This document shows, one piece after another, positions 17,859 to 25,905 of a DNA stretch of 39,055 nucleotides (positions are counted from its first letter, which is position 1; each line of letters opens with the position of its first letter). The stretch is from a virus (lineage: Duplodnaviria; Caudoviricetes), in IMG/VR virus record IMGVR_UViG_3300050145_000009, positions 1-39,055 of that record. One strand, 5' to 3'. The notes below the pieces were generated by a model. It saw only the letters and a program-made list of their open reading frames with translations, ran no database searches and had not been told where the DNA came from. The position numbers and the translations under genes are program-made.

Positions 17859-17879
17859 GTGCTCTCCTATGAAGCCTCG

Positions 17880-17982
17880 ATTGTGCCAATACCACGCGGC
17901 GCCATCTAATTGGCTTTTGCTATCGCTTCACAAGCACGATTAAAAAAGCCAATTGGCACAAGATCGGCAACCGGCACAGAAT
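17880..17982. promoter_or_regulatory. Divergent promoter pair sharing a central operator-like box
   Basis: Leftward TTAGAT-N18-CACAAT, rightward TTGGCA-N18-CAGAAT; centre ATTG-N7-CTATC-N13-GATTA-N7-CAAT; sits at the strand switch. Confidence 0.7.
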
Positions 17983-18005
17983 TCATCCCATCGCAAAGGA
18001 GCGCC

Positions 18006-18149
18006 ATGCAACAAGCGGTAGATCGAGCGATAGCGGCCCTGCTCGCAAGTGCAAAGTGGGCCAGGCTGATGTGTTACACCAAAGCTGCGGACGAGCTAGA
18101 GGCCATCGCAGCGCAACTGAAGGAAGCATATGCAAACGAACGCGCATAA
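18006..18149 (+). CDS. Small helical hypothetical protein
   Basis: AAGGAG RBS, ATG 18006, 47 aa; first gene of the rightward unit. Confidence 0.65.
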   Translation: MQQAVDRAIAALLASAKWARLMCYTKAADELEAIAAQLKEAYANERA

Positions 18150-18363
18150 CGAAGACCGACACAACGGCTACGTTGACTTCTCTGTGTGGGGCATTGGCTT
18201 CACTGGCGGCTACTTGGAAAGCAAAGAAGAGCCTCCCCTACTCTACACACTGTTTTTTAACGGCAGCGTTGTGTCATGGGATAACTTCAGCGACTACGGA
18301 ATCGGACAAATTGACGCAGCTTTTACGCTGGCTTACGAAGAGCAGAAAGCCAATGCTTACTAA
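18130..18363 (+). CDS. Hypothetical protein
   Basis: 77 aa; GAAGGA RBS; overlaps neighbours. Confidence 0.6.
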   Translation: MQTNAHNEDRHNGYVDFSVWGIGFTGGYLESKEEPPLLYTLFFNGSVVSWDNFSDYGIGQIDAAFTLAYEEQKANAY

Positions 18364-18427
18364 GCTCGCTGACATCGCGCTGGCCGTTGCTCTCGGGCTC
18401 GGCCTTTTCATCCTCTTCAACTGGTGA
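18353..18427 (+). CDS. 24-aa membrane micropeptide
   Basis: MLTKLADIALAVALGLGLFILFNW*. Confidence 0.5.
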   Translation: MLTKLADIALAVALGLGLFILFNW

Positions 18428-18431
18428 CACC

Positions 18432-18524
18432 ATGAAAGATCATCACATCCTGCGCTCGCTGCTGGCGCTCTCGCTGGCGTGGTCAGCGCTTCTCGTTCTC
18501 CTGCTGGTGGAGCATTTCGCATGA
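18432..18524 (+). CDS. 30-aa membrane micropeptide
   Basis: MKDHHILRSLLALSLAWSALLVLLLVEHFA*; ATGA overlap with the next gene. Confidence 0.5.
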   Translation: MKDHHILRSLLALSLAWSALLVLLLVEHFA

Positions 18525-18841
18525 GCAAGCACACGCCGGGGCCTTGGTACGTTTTGCACGATAACGCATCCAAGTCGCAATTAAAAATTAGAGGCACACA
18601 ACCTGGGAGCAGCAGGTTCCAAATTGCGAATATTTTGGGGCCTTATTGCGATCAATCGCAAGATGCCGTGTGCAAAGAAACCCTATCAAACGCCAGCCTT
18701 ATCGCGGCCGCGCCTGAGTTGCTTTCTTTCGCCCAAGAGTTTTTGTCGGACTACCAGAGCGAAGAAGGAATGCTGTCAATGAAGCAGTACGCAAAAAAGG
18801 CGTATGAAGCCATTACCAAAGCCACCGGATCCACCCCATGA
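18521..18841 (+). CDS. Hypothetical phage protein (HTPGPW / AAAPELL type)
   Basis: MSKHTPGPW...NASLIAAAPELL...AITKATG. Confidence 0.8.
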   Translation: MSKHTPGPWYVLHDNASKSQLKIRGTQPGSSRFQIANILGPYCDQSQDAVCKETLSNASLIAAAPELLSFAQEFLSDYQSEEGMLSMKQYAKKAYEAITKATGSTP

Positions 18842-18927
18842 CCATCATCCGCCTCTATCGCCACTTCCGCCGCTGCGGCTTCACCCGCATGCTGTCCCTG
18901 CGCCTTGCTTGGAGTCGCCGTGGCTGA
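18838..18927 (+). CDS. 29-aa Arg-rich micropeptide
   Basis: MTIIRLYRHFRRCGFTRMLSLRLAWSRRG*; coupled at both ends. Confidence 0.45.
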   Translation: MTIIRLYRHFRRCGFTRMLSLRLAWSRRG

Positions 18928-19096
18928 TTTCCTAATGCTCGCATGGATTGGCGTGTTTAGCTTTGTGTGCGCTAAGCATGGCATTCCAATGTGGTTTGCG
19001 CTATTACTGGCCGTAGTAATCCCCATTACTGGCACTATTTTTATGGTGTTTGTGGGGTGGCTGGTTCAGCAGTTTTTAAGGAGTCGCCGTGGCTGA
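18920..19096 (+). CDS. Small membrane protein
   Basis: GGAG RBS and GTG start; two hydrophobic segments. Confidence 0.55.
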   Translation: MADFLMLAWIGVFSFVCAKHGIPMWFALLLAVVIPITGTIFMVFVGWLVQQFLRSRRG

Positions 19097-19211
19097 AATG
19101 ATTTGGTGCGGCCTTGGAGTGCTGGTCGCCGCGTTGTGCCGTGCGACTGGCTTTCCCATCTGGCTCGCGTTGTCTGTCGTGTTCTTTGCCCGCTTGCTGT
19201 CGCTGCCATGA
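19089..19211 (+). CDS. Small membrane protein, paralog of the preceding ORF
   Basis: MAEMIWCGLGVLVAALCRATGFPIWLALSVVFFARLLSLP*; same 17-nt RBS/start context. Confidence 0.5.
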   Translation: MAEMIWCGLGVLVAALCRATGFPIWLALSVVFFARLLSLP

Positions 19212-19233
19212 GTCAACCGGCATGGAGTGACTG

Positions 19234-20028
19234 ATGCACTACTACAGTCATCACATTGGCGACTACAGGTCAAACACGGCCCATCTAAGCAACGAAGAAG
19301 ACCTCGCCTATCGCCGCTTGCTTGAGATGTATTACGACACTGAGCAGCCTATCCCGCTGGAAACCCAGTGGGTTGCGAGGCGTTTACGTGTTGCTGTTGA
19401 AGCGCTGCAATCCGTGCTGGAGGACTTCTTTTTGCTGACCGATGACGGCTGGACGCATCAGCGCTGCGACCGTGAACTGCGCCAGTACCACATCGTTCAA
19501 GAGCGAAACAAGGCCAATGGAAGCAAAGGCGGGCGTCCAAAGAGCAAGAATGACGACAAAAATAACCCACTGGGTTCCCAGTCGGTTGCGAGTCGCTTGC
19601 CAGTGGGAACCGACCGTAAAGGCAACCAAGAACCAATAACCATTAACCAAGAACCAGAAACCAAGAACCAAGAACCAAGAACCAGAGAAAGAAAAGAAAG
19701 CGACGAATCGTCGCAGGTCGCTATCGCTCCTCGCTCAAAACTTGCAAAGCCGGAAGAAGTTCAGGATTCAACCTGGGCCGATTGGATCGCCCTTCGCAAG
19801 CAAAAGAAGGCGGCAGTCACGCAGACCGTGATCGACGCGGCCAGACGCGAAGCCGTCAAGGCAGGAATGACGCTGGAGGAGTTCTTGCGCATCTGGTGTT
19901 TCCGTGGCTCGCAAGGGTTGCAGGCGGATTGGATCAAGCCATCCGAGCGACAACAAAGCCAATCGGCCAACTTGGACGAGGTGCGCAAACTTCTCGGCTT
20001 TGACAATGGGGATGTCTTCGATGCATGA
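19234..20028 (+). CDS. DUF1376/YdaU-family replication initiator-like protein
   Basis: MHYYSHHIGDY...T.HLS..E..AYRRLL..YYDTE, NGSKGGRP, repeat-rich linker, C-terminal W..W...RK.K. Confidence 0.85.
   Translation: MHYYSHHIGDYRSNTAHLSNEEDLAYRRLLEMYYDTEQPIPLETQWVARRLRVAVEALQSVLEDFFLLTDDGWTHQRCDRELRQYHIVQERNKANGSKGGRPKSKNDDKNNPLGSQSVASRLPVGTDRKGNQEPITINQEPETKNQEPRTRERKESDESSQVAIAPRSKLAKPEEVQDSTWADWIALRKQKKAAVTQTVIDAARREAVKAGMTLEEFLRIWCFRGSQGLQADWIKPSERQQSQSANLDEVRKLLGFDNGDVFDA
19566..19686 (+). repeat. Putative replication origin: 4 x 11-bp iterons plus 9 x 7-bp tandem repeats
   Basis: CCCACTGGGTT/CCCAGTCGGTT/GCGAGTCGCTT/GCCAGTGGGAA (19566-19609); AACCAnn x9 (19624-19686); then an A-rich tract. 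Confidence 0.75.
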
Positions 20029-20779
20029 AAAAGACCTTCAGGAGTTCACGGTTTTGCTGAACGCTACGTGCAGTCTGCTTAGCCGTGGCAGCTATCAACC
20101 AAACTCCAACAACACATCGTTGTTCTTTCGCTCGCTGGAAAAGTACAGCATTGAACAGGTGCGCGGCGGGTTCTCTGCGCACATTTCCGACCCGCAACGA
20201 GGACGCTTTGTCCCGACGCCAGCTGATGTGATCGGCCAGATTGAAGGGCTGATGGAGCAAGACGGCAGGCCCGGAGATGATGAGGCGTGGGCGATGGCTA
20301 TCAAAAGCCGCGACGAAAACGAAACCGTTGTGTGGACTGATGAAATGGCGCAAGCGTGGGCTGTTGCTCGATCCGTCTTTGAGATTGGCGATGACGTTGG
20401 AGCCAGGATGGCTTTCAAAGAGGCTTACACGCGGATGGTGCAAGTGGCTCGCAAGGGTCGGATTCCTACGCGCTGGACTGTCTCTGAAGGATTCGACCAG
20501 CAAAAACGGCTTGTGGCGCTGCAAATGGCCGCAGATGCTGGGGTGGTGCCACGCGATGACGTTGCATTGCTTGCTGGGCCGTCTGGTGGTCTTCTTGAGC
20601 TATCTCAGACGGAAGGATGCCCGCCGGAGTACAAAGAGAAGCTGCTGGCGCTTAAAGAGTCGCTCAAGGCTCGCTCTGATGTGAGCTACGATTACGAGGC
20701 AAAGCTGGCAACTGATGCGATGCGCGACGCGATGAACGAGCGAGTAAGAGCCTATACAGGCGGCGAAGGAAATTCATGA
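20021..20779 (+). CDS. Putative helicase loader / replication accessory protein
   Basis: Follows the initiator; GRFVPTPADV, DGRPG.DEAW and ARMAFKEAY.R motifs. Confidence 0.6.
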   Translation: MHEKDLQEFTVLLNATCSLLSRGSYQPNSNNTSLFFRSLEKYSIEQVRGGFSAHISDPQRGRFVPTPADVIGQIEGLMEQDGRPGDDEAWAMAIKSRDENETVVWTDEMAQAWAVARSVFEIGDDVGARMAFKEAYTRMVQVARKGRIPTRWTVSEGFDQQKRLVALQMAADAGVVPRDDVALLAGPSGGLLELSQTEGCPPEYKEKLLALKESLKARSDVSYDYEAKLATDAMRDAMNERVRAYTGGEGNS

Positions 20780-20931
20780 GATACATAGTTGCTGCTCTAC
20801 TTTACTGGCCGATATGGCTGGTTTTCAAGAGCTATGGGCACTCGTTGCTTGGCATCTGCGCTGGCGCTGCCTTTGTTGTTGTCGCGTGCGCTGTGCTTTG
20901 GCGCTTGGAGTTCGGCGCATGGGACTGGTGA
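20776..20931 (+). CDS. 51-aa two-TM membrane protein (absent from the ORF track)
   Basis: MRYIVAALLYWPIWLVFKSYGHSLLGICAGAAFVVVACAVLWRLEFGAWDW*; ATGA overlap, AAGGA RBS. Confidence 0.55.
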   Translation: MRYIVAALLYWPIWLVFKSYGHSLLGICAGAAFVVVACAVLWRLEFGAWDW

Positions 20932-20936
20932 CTTGA

Positions 20937-21000
20937 CTATCGGCCATAGACGGTCGATTGAAACAATCAATTGGATTGCGTGTGCGCCAGTCGCTAGGAT
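20937..21000 (+). promoter_or_regulatory. Member of the repeated promoter family
   Basis: CTATC-N14-GATTG-N7-CAA, TTGGAT-N18-TAGGAT, then TAAGGAGA RBS. Confidence 0.65.
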
Positions 21001-21024
21001 TTGCGCACCAACTAAGGAGAAAGC

Positions 21025-21336
21025 ATGAAACCGCACAAGCACGCAGAGTTTATTAAGGCCTGGGCCGATGGCGCAGAGATTCAGTTCCTACAGATTAGCG
21101 ATGGATGCTGGATTGATCTTAAGAGCCCAACTTGGAGCGAATATAACGAATATCGCATCAAGCCGAATAAGCGCAAATATCGCGTTGCGGAGATGAGTAG
21201 TCGTTATGTGGCTCCAGCATTTACAACTACAGCAGATACGGAAATAGAGGAAAAAAATATCTCCACAGACAAAGACTTCATCCGCTGGCTGACTGACTGG
21301 ATTGAATACGACGCAACACACACGGAGTCAAAATGA
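21025..21336 (+). CDS. Hypothetical phage protein
   Basis: KPHKHAE.IKAWADGAEIQ...W...P.W.....YRIKP; strong RBS. Confidence 0.75.
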   Translation: MKPHKHAEFIKAWADGAEIQFLQISDGCWIDLKSPTWSEYNEYRIKPNKRKYRVAEMSSRYVAPAFTTTADTEIEEKNISTDKDFIRWLTDWIEYDATHTESK

Positions 21337-21455
21337 CTTGGCTGATTTTCAAATTCACTTACAAGATTTGCCGAGCACAAAAGCTGTCGGTGGTAAAATC
21401 GTTGCAACAGGCATTCAGCGCTGCATTTTAGCAGCCTGATTTTTAAGGGGTAAAT

Positions 21456-22103
21456 GTGAACGTATACGCAAAACTGGTTGCGGCGCGGAAATCATTCCAC
21501 AGCAAGCAACTGAAAAAGACTGGTCACAACAAGTTTGCCGGTTATGATTATTTCGAGCTGGGTGATTTTCTAATCCCTGCGCTTGATTCGATGGCTGAAT
21601 GTGGCCTCAGTGCGGTTATCAGCTTTGATGAAACTATCGCAAAGCTGACGATTGTTAACTGCGAAAAACCCGAAGAGCAGATTGTTGTCACTTCGCCAAT
21701 GTCGTCGTGCGAGATGAAAGGTCTGCACAAGGTTCAGCAGCTCGGTGCCGTGCAAACGTATTTGCGCCGCTATCTATGGGTTGCAGCTCTTGAGATTGTC
21801 GAGCATGACGCTATCGACGCCAGCGACGGTGCAACGCCATCACGGCCAGCCAAGCCAAAGACGGAAGATGCGCCTAAGCAGTCCATTCCAAAGCACCGCA
21901 CCGACGCAATCGACGAAATGGCGCTCTACATGATCGAGTGCCACAACAACGGCCAAGACATGCCAGCCATTGCGATGTGGTATGACGCTGCCAACTTCAC
22001 AGGCGAAGATCCGAACGAAGAACGCCTGTATCTGTGGGGCCTGCTGAAGAATAACAGCAAGCTCCGTTCTGCAATCAAAGCAAACAAGCCGGAGGCACAA
22101 TGA
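21456..22103 (+). CDS. erf: ERF-family single-strand annealing recombinase
   Basis: KKTGHNKFAGYDYFELGD, Q.LGAVQTYLRRYL..ALEIVEHD. Confidence 0.8.
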   Translation: MNVYAKLVAARKSFHSKQLKKTGHNKFAGYDYFELGDFLIPALDSMAECGLSAVISFDETIAKLTIVNCEKPEEQIVVTSPMSSCEMKGLHKVQQLGAVQTYLRRYLWVAALEIVEHDAIDASDGATPSRPAKPKTEDAPKQSIPKHRTDAIDEMALYMIECHNNGQDMPAIAMWYDAANFTGEDPNEERLYLWGLLKNNSKLRSAIKANKPEAQ

Positions 22104-22285
22104 CGTTTGCAGCATATGAAGCCAAGTTCTCGCAAATGGGGGATATTCCCGGCGAGGTGAAAACCTTGTTTGAGGTGGAAATGGTGAAAATCCGTGATTT
22201 GGTCAGTGATACACCTCTGGCCGCGCTGAGTGAAGCAAAGGCGCTCGGCATCAAAAACCCGATGATTGGAGAAGCAAATGGCTGA
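22100..22285 (+). CDS. Small hypothetical protein
   Basis: 61 aa; GGAGG RBS; coupled overlaps. Confidence 0.55.
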   Translation: MTFAAYEAKFSQMGDIPGEVKTLFEVEMVKIRDLVSDTPLAALSEAKALGIKNPMIGEANG

Positions 22286-22553
22286 GTATGACAACACCGA
22301 TAGGGGCGCACTCTTTAAGAACGACCGCAAGGAAAAGGAGTCGCATCCTGATTACAAGGGCTCAATCAACGTCGGCGGAGTAGAGTTCTGGCTGTCGGCG
22401 TGGATTAAGGAAGGCGCGAAGGGAAAGTTTATGTCGATTTCCGTACAGGCCAAGGATGCGCAAACAAAGCCAGCCGCAAAACCAGCCGCAAAGCCTGCGC
22501 CTATTAAGGGCGATTCTCCGTGGGATGATATGGAATCGGACATTCCTTTTTAG
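22278..22553 (+). CDS. ssb: Phage single-stranded DNA-binding protein
   Basis: [10 protein letters not shown]...HPDYKG....G..FWLSAW; KPAA linker repeats; acidic tail ending DIPF. Confidence 0.8.
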   Translation: MAEYDNTDRGALFKNDRKEKESHPDYKGSINVGGVEFWLSAWIKEGAKGKFMSISVQAKDAQTKPAAKPAAKPAPIKGDSPWDDMESDIPF

Positions 22554-22556
22554 GCC

Positions 22557-22970
22557 ATGCAACACAAGCTGTATAGCGCCACGCAAGCGCATCAGCTTAT
22601 TCTCAGTCTCTGGCGCACGTTAAAACCTGCGCTGGAGTCTGGGAGGCGGTTTAAGCTGACGATCACAGAATGGACGCGCTCAAATGAGCAGAACGCTGCT
22701 TTTCATAAGATCATTGCTGAGATTGCAAAACAGGCTGCGCACATGGGCGCTAAATGGTCGGCTGCTGACTGGAAGCGACTTTTGCTGAATCTATGGGCAA
22801 AGGAAACTAACCGCGCTGGCGGTAGGATTATCCCAAGCCTAGACGGAAGCGGCATTGTGCAACTAGATGTGTTGTCTCGTGATATGTCGGTCGATGATGC
22901 GTCAGAGTTTATCGAGTGGCTGAAATGCTGGGCCGCTGAAAATGGAGTAACGCTTGATGATGTTCCATAA
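22557..22970 (+). CDS. ninB: NinB-family recombination protein
   Basis: TRSNEQNA.FH.II.EIAKQ...WK.L...P.LDG...M....SEFIE. Confidence 0.85.
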   Translation: MQHKLYSATQAHQLILSLWRTLKPALESGRRFKLTITEWTRSNEQNAAFHKIIAEIAKQAAHMGAKWSAADWKRLLLNLWAKETNRAGGRIIPSLDGSGIVQLDVLSRDMSVDDASEFIEWLKCWAAENGVTLDDVP

Positions 22971-23277
22971 GTTCTCCTATTTCCGAAGCAAGGCGCATTT
23001 ACGGAACGTGGCCTCGCTGCCGTGCCAGTGGTGCGGCATTGAAGGCCAGACGCAAGCGGCGCACTCCAATCAGGCTAAGCACGGCAAGGGCCGGTCAATA
23101 AAGGCCAGCGACGAATTCACTGCGGCGTTGTGCGTTGACTGCCATTTTCAGATAGATCAAGGATCGCTGTTGACGCAAGATGAGCGGCTAGAGATTTGGG
23201 ATATGGCGTGGAAACGAACGGCTGCGCTTTTGAACAAGGCCGGTAAATGGCCGAAAAATGTAGAGTTACCAGAATGA
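22957..23277 (+). CDS. Zn-binding HNH-like putative nuclease (DUF968/DUF1364-like)
   Basis: RS..HL..VA.LPC..CG...QAAHSN....KG...KASD.....LC..CH. Confidence 0.75.
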   Translation: MMFHKFSYFRSKAHLRNVASLPCQWCGIEGQTQAAHSNQAKHGKGRSIKASDEFTAALCVDCHFQIDQGSLLTQDERLEIWDMAWKRTAALLNKAGKWPKNVELPE

Positions 23278-23362
23278 AAATGTGTTGCATGTGTGGTGGC
23301 GCTGGGCACGGAGTTAGCTCCTGCCCGTGGCGTAAGTTCATGGCTATCAGCGAGGCTTATCT

Positions 23363-23557
23363 ATGCGGTGCGTCATGTGTGGGCGAAGATTGCAAAAAGG
23401 CGTCATCGTCGGAAAGTTCGCCATTGGCCCTGAGTGCGCAAAAAAGCGCGGGCTGATTGAGGCGAAGACGCGGGTTCGCTTGGAGTACGTCGAGCACGAA
23501 GAGCAGCTAGATTTGTTCGATGCTTTGACACAAGATGGAGAACAGGCGATAGAATGA
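23363..23557 (+). CDS. Small Zn-finger-like protein
   Basis: RCVMCGRRL...IGPECAKK; C-terminal QLDLF. Confidence 0.6.
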   Translation: MRCVMCGRRLQKGVIVGKFAIGPECAKKRGLIEAKTRVRLEYVEHEEQLDLFDALTQDGEQAIE

Positions 23558-23559
23558 GT

Positions 23560-24130
23560 GACACCCCGGAAAGACGGGGGCTTTCAAGGATGCATCACTC
23601 GATGGGCAAAGTGGCTAGAGGTCGCGCCTCAACCCCACTCCATGTCTGATGCATCCTTGAAAGTGGCGAAATACAAGCTCTTTCACGCGGCCTCGCATAG
23701 CGAAACGCAAGGCTATTGGGATGCGGTCGAAACCCGGACAGTACGGACAGTCAACGCGGGACTGTGGCATCAAAGGAGCGCGAGACACCAAGGAGAGACT
23801 TGGGCTTTCAAGTCAGCGGCGGCGATGCAAGCGTGGCGCGATGCCGTAGGGCGATGGGATGCCGGGGCACCGGGAACCCTACCAAACAGGGGCTAGAGAG
23901 TGCGCCGCTGACTTGAGAGTGAATTCGCCCGCCAAGGCGCGGTGGTGGTTTAGTCACTGCAAGAAAACGAGAACCGTGCCGGGATTGGCTCCGGCCACTC
24001 TCAACCTTCACACATGCGCCTATGTCACCGCGATAGGGTCAGCGGCTGTCAAAAGCAGAGTAGCCCCACATGGGCGCAGTTGTGAGGGTCGGCCAGCAAT
24101 GGCGCAAAACGGCTGGGGGTTCCCGGCTTA
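23560..24130 (+). ncRNA. Structured non-coding region: array of long hairpins
   Basis: Inverted repeats at 23581-23597/23647-23663 (17 bp perfect), 23805-23821/23903-23919 (one G-U) and 24004-24025/24068-24089; no convincing protein ORF. Confidence 0.65.
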
Positions 24131-24185
24131 CCTTCAAGTGATACAATAGAGCCATAGTTTCCGCTACTTACAGCGAGAGGTTTTC

Positions 24186-24632
24186 ATGGCTCCCCCATCC
24201 ACATTCAAGCGCGAATTTATCGAAGAGGCCGCCCAGCTATCTAAAGAGGGCGCGACAGATCAAGAGATGGCCGATTATTTCGGCGTTGACGTTCGCACGC
24301 TGTATCGGTGGAAAAACACGGAGCCGGAGTTCCGCCAGGCTATCAAGTCGGCAAAGGACGCTGCTGATGATCGCGTGGAGCGGAGTCTGTTTGAGCGCGC
24401 TTTGGGTTACGAGCGCGATGAGATGGATGTTCGCGTTGTGTCCGGTGAGGTTGTGCAGACGCCAATCCGCAAGTTTTACCCACCAGACACGACAGCCGCT
24501 ATTTTCTGGCTAAAGAATCGCAAGCCTGAGCAGTGGCGCGAGGTGAAGGGTGTTGAGCTAACCGGCAAGAATGGCGAGCCTGTGAAGACTGATGGCGAGC
24601 TGCGAATCAAGTTCATCAAGCCAGATGCCTGA
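24186..24632 (+). CDS. terS: Terminase small subunit
   Basis: HTH GATDQEMADYFGV..RTLYRWK...PEF, VERSLFERA.GY, PPDTTAAIFWLKNR; directly before terL. Confidence 0.9.
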   Translation: MAPPSTFKREFIEEAAQLSKEGATDQEMADYFGVDVRTLYRWKNTEPEFRQAIKSAKDAADDRVERSLFERALGYERDEMDVRVVSGEVVQTPIRKFYPPDTTAAIFWLKNRKPEQWREVKGVELTGKNGEPVKTDGELRIKFIKPDA

Positions 24633-25842
24633 TGTGTCTCTGCCCGCATGGGCGGATTGCCTTTTTGATGAGTCGGCGCGATACCTTGCCATTCGTGGCG
24701 GGCGTGGCAGTGGCAAGTCGCGCTCGGTTGCGTCGTCGCTGATTCTTCGAGCCGCTGCAAAACCGTTGCGCATTCTGTGTGCGCGTGAGGTGCAGAAATC
24801 AATCAAGGACTCTGTGAAGCGGCTGCTGGACGATGAAATAGCACGCTTGGGGCTGGGTGAGTTTTTCCAAAGCACAGAGACAGAGATTCGCGGCAAGAAC
24901 GGATCGCTTTTTATCTTTGCTGGCCTGCGCATGAATACATCCTCGATCAAGTCGATGGAAGGCGTTGATATCTGCTGGGTTGAAGAGGCCGCGACGATTA
25001 GCCAATCGTCCTTGCGCGACCTGATCCCGACGATCCGAAAAGCTGGCTCGCAGATCATATTCACATGGAATCCGCGACTCATCACTGACCCCGTAGACGC
25101 CATGTTTATCGGCGTAGAGACACCGCCGCCGCGTACCGTGCTGCGCCGGGTCAATTGGGACGATAACCCGTGGTTCCCTGAAGAGCTGCGCGAGGAAATG
25201 GAGTATGACAAGCGGCGCGATCCTGACAAATACGCGCACGTTTGGCTTGGTGAGTACGCTCGCAATGGTGAGGCGCGGGTGTTCAAGAACTGGAGGATTG
25301 ACGAGTTCGACACGCCCGCCGATGCCGTTCACCGCTTCGGCGCAGACTGGGGCTTTAGCGTTGACCCGACTGTGCTGATTCGCTCGCACATCGTGGGCCG
25401 GACTCTGTATATCGACTACGAGGCATATCAGGTAGGCTGCGACATTACAGACATTCCGGCCTTGTTCATGGCTGTTCCAGAGGCTGAGAAGTGGCCCATG
25501 ACGGCGGATAGCGCACGGCCTGAGACAATCTCGCATCTGCGCAAAAACGGTTTCCCTAGGATTCACCCAGCAGTCAAGGGCCCGCGCTCGCTTGAGGAGG
25601 GCGTAGAGTGGCTGAAATCGTTTGATATCGTTGTGCACCCGCGCTGCACGCACACAATCAACGAATTGACGCTATACAGCTACAAGGTAGACGAGTTGAC
25701 GGAGAAGGTGCTGCCGATCCTGGCTGACAAAGACAACCATCTGATAGACGCGCTACGCTATGCTCACGAGGGGGCAAGACGCGCTCAGACGACTAAAGCG
25801 CCGCCTATCTCTATCCCGCTCCCGAGCGCATCACACTGGTGA
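24625..25842 (+). CDS. terL: Terminase large subunit (PBSX-like)
   Basis: Walker A GGRGSGKS, CAREVQ.SI.DS, Walker B WVEEA, TWNP; nuclease motifs GADWGF..DP, ADSARPETI, NHLIDALRY. Confidence 0.95.
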   Translation: MPDVSLPAWADCLFDESARYLAIRGGRGSGKSRSVASSLILRAAAKPLRILCAREVQKSIKDSVKRLLDDEIARLGLGEFFQSTETEIRGKNGSLFIFAGLRMNTSSIKSMEGVDICWVEEAATISQSSLRDLIPTIRKAGSQIIFTWNPRLITDPVDAMFIGVETPPPRTVLRRVNWDDNPWFPEELREEMEYDKRRDPDKYAHVWLGEYARNGEARVFKNWRIDEFDTPADAVHRFGADWGFSVDPTVLIRSHIVGRTLYIDYEAYQVGCDITDIPALFMAVPEAEKWPMTADSARPETISHLRKNGFPRIHPAVKGPRSLEEGVEWLKSFDIVVHPRCTHTINELTLYSYKVDELTEKVLPILADKDNHLIDALRYAHEGARRAQTTKAPPISIPLPSASHW

Positions 25843-25905
25843 CTATCGGTTTTGTGTGGTGATAGGAAAAACCAATTAGACCGCGCCAGTGTGTGCCGCT
25901 AAAGT
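25843..25905 (+). promoter_or_regulatory. Member of the repeated promoter family, driving the accessory island
   Basis: CTATC-N13-GATAG-N7-CAA, TTAGAC-N18-TAAAGT, then ACAAGGAGA RBS. Confidence 0.7.

Noticed and set aside
22467-22502. 12-bp tandem repeat in ssb
   Set aside because: Encodes an ordinary KPAA low-complexity linker
23274-23456. Zn-knuckle-like ORF MKMCCMCGGAGHGVSSCPW
   Set aside because: The N-terminus is plausible, but the rest overlaps 23363..23557 extensively; too uncertain to list as a feature
23670-23790. Possible tRNA (unit ending in CACCA)
   Set aside because: No TTCGA T-loop or canonical cloverleaf; kept only as part of the structured array
23581-24089. CRISPR-like array or IS terminal repeats
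   Set aside because: The repeats are inverted and differ between units; no regular direct repeat-spacer pattern, cas gene or transposase
23558-24149. ORFs 23558..23896 and 23859..24149 as protein genes
   Set aside because: Weak starts, no RBS, no motifs; the region is better explained by RNA structure
24558-25653. Long minus-strand ORFs (251 and 284 aa) over terL
   Set aside because: Antisense to a clear terminase gene; no recognisable features
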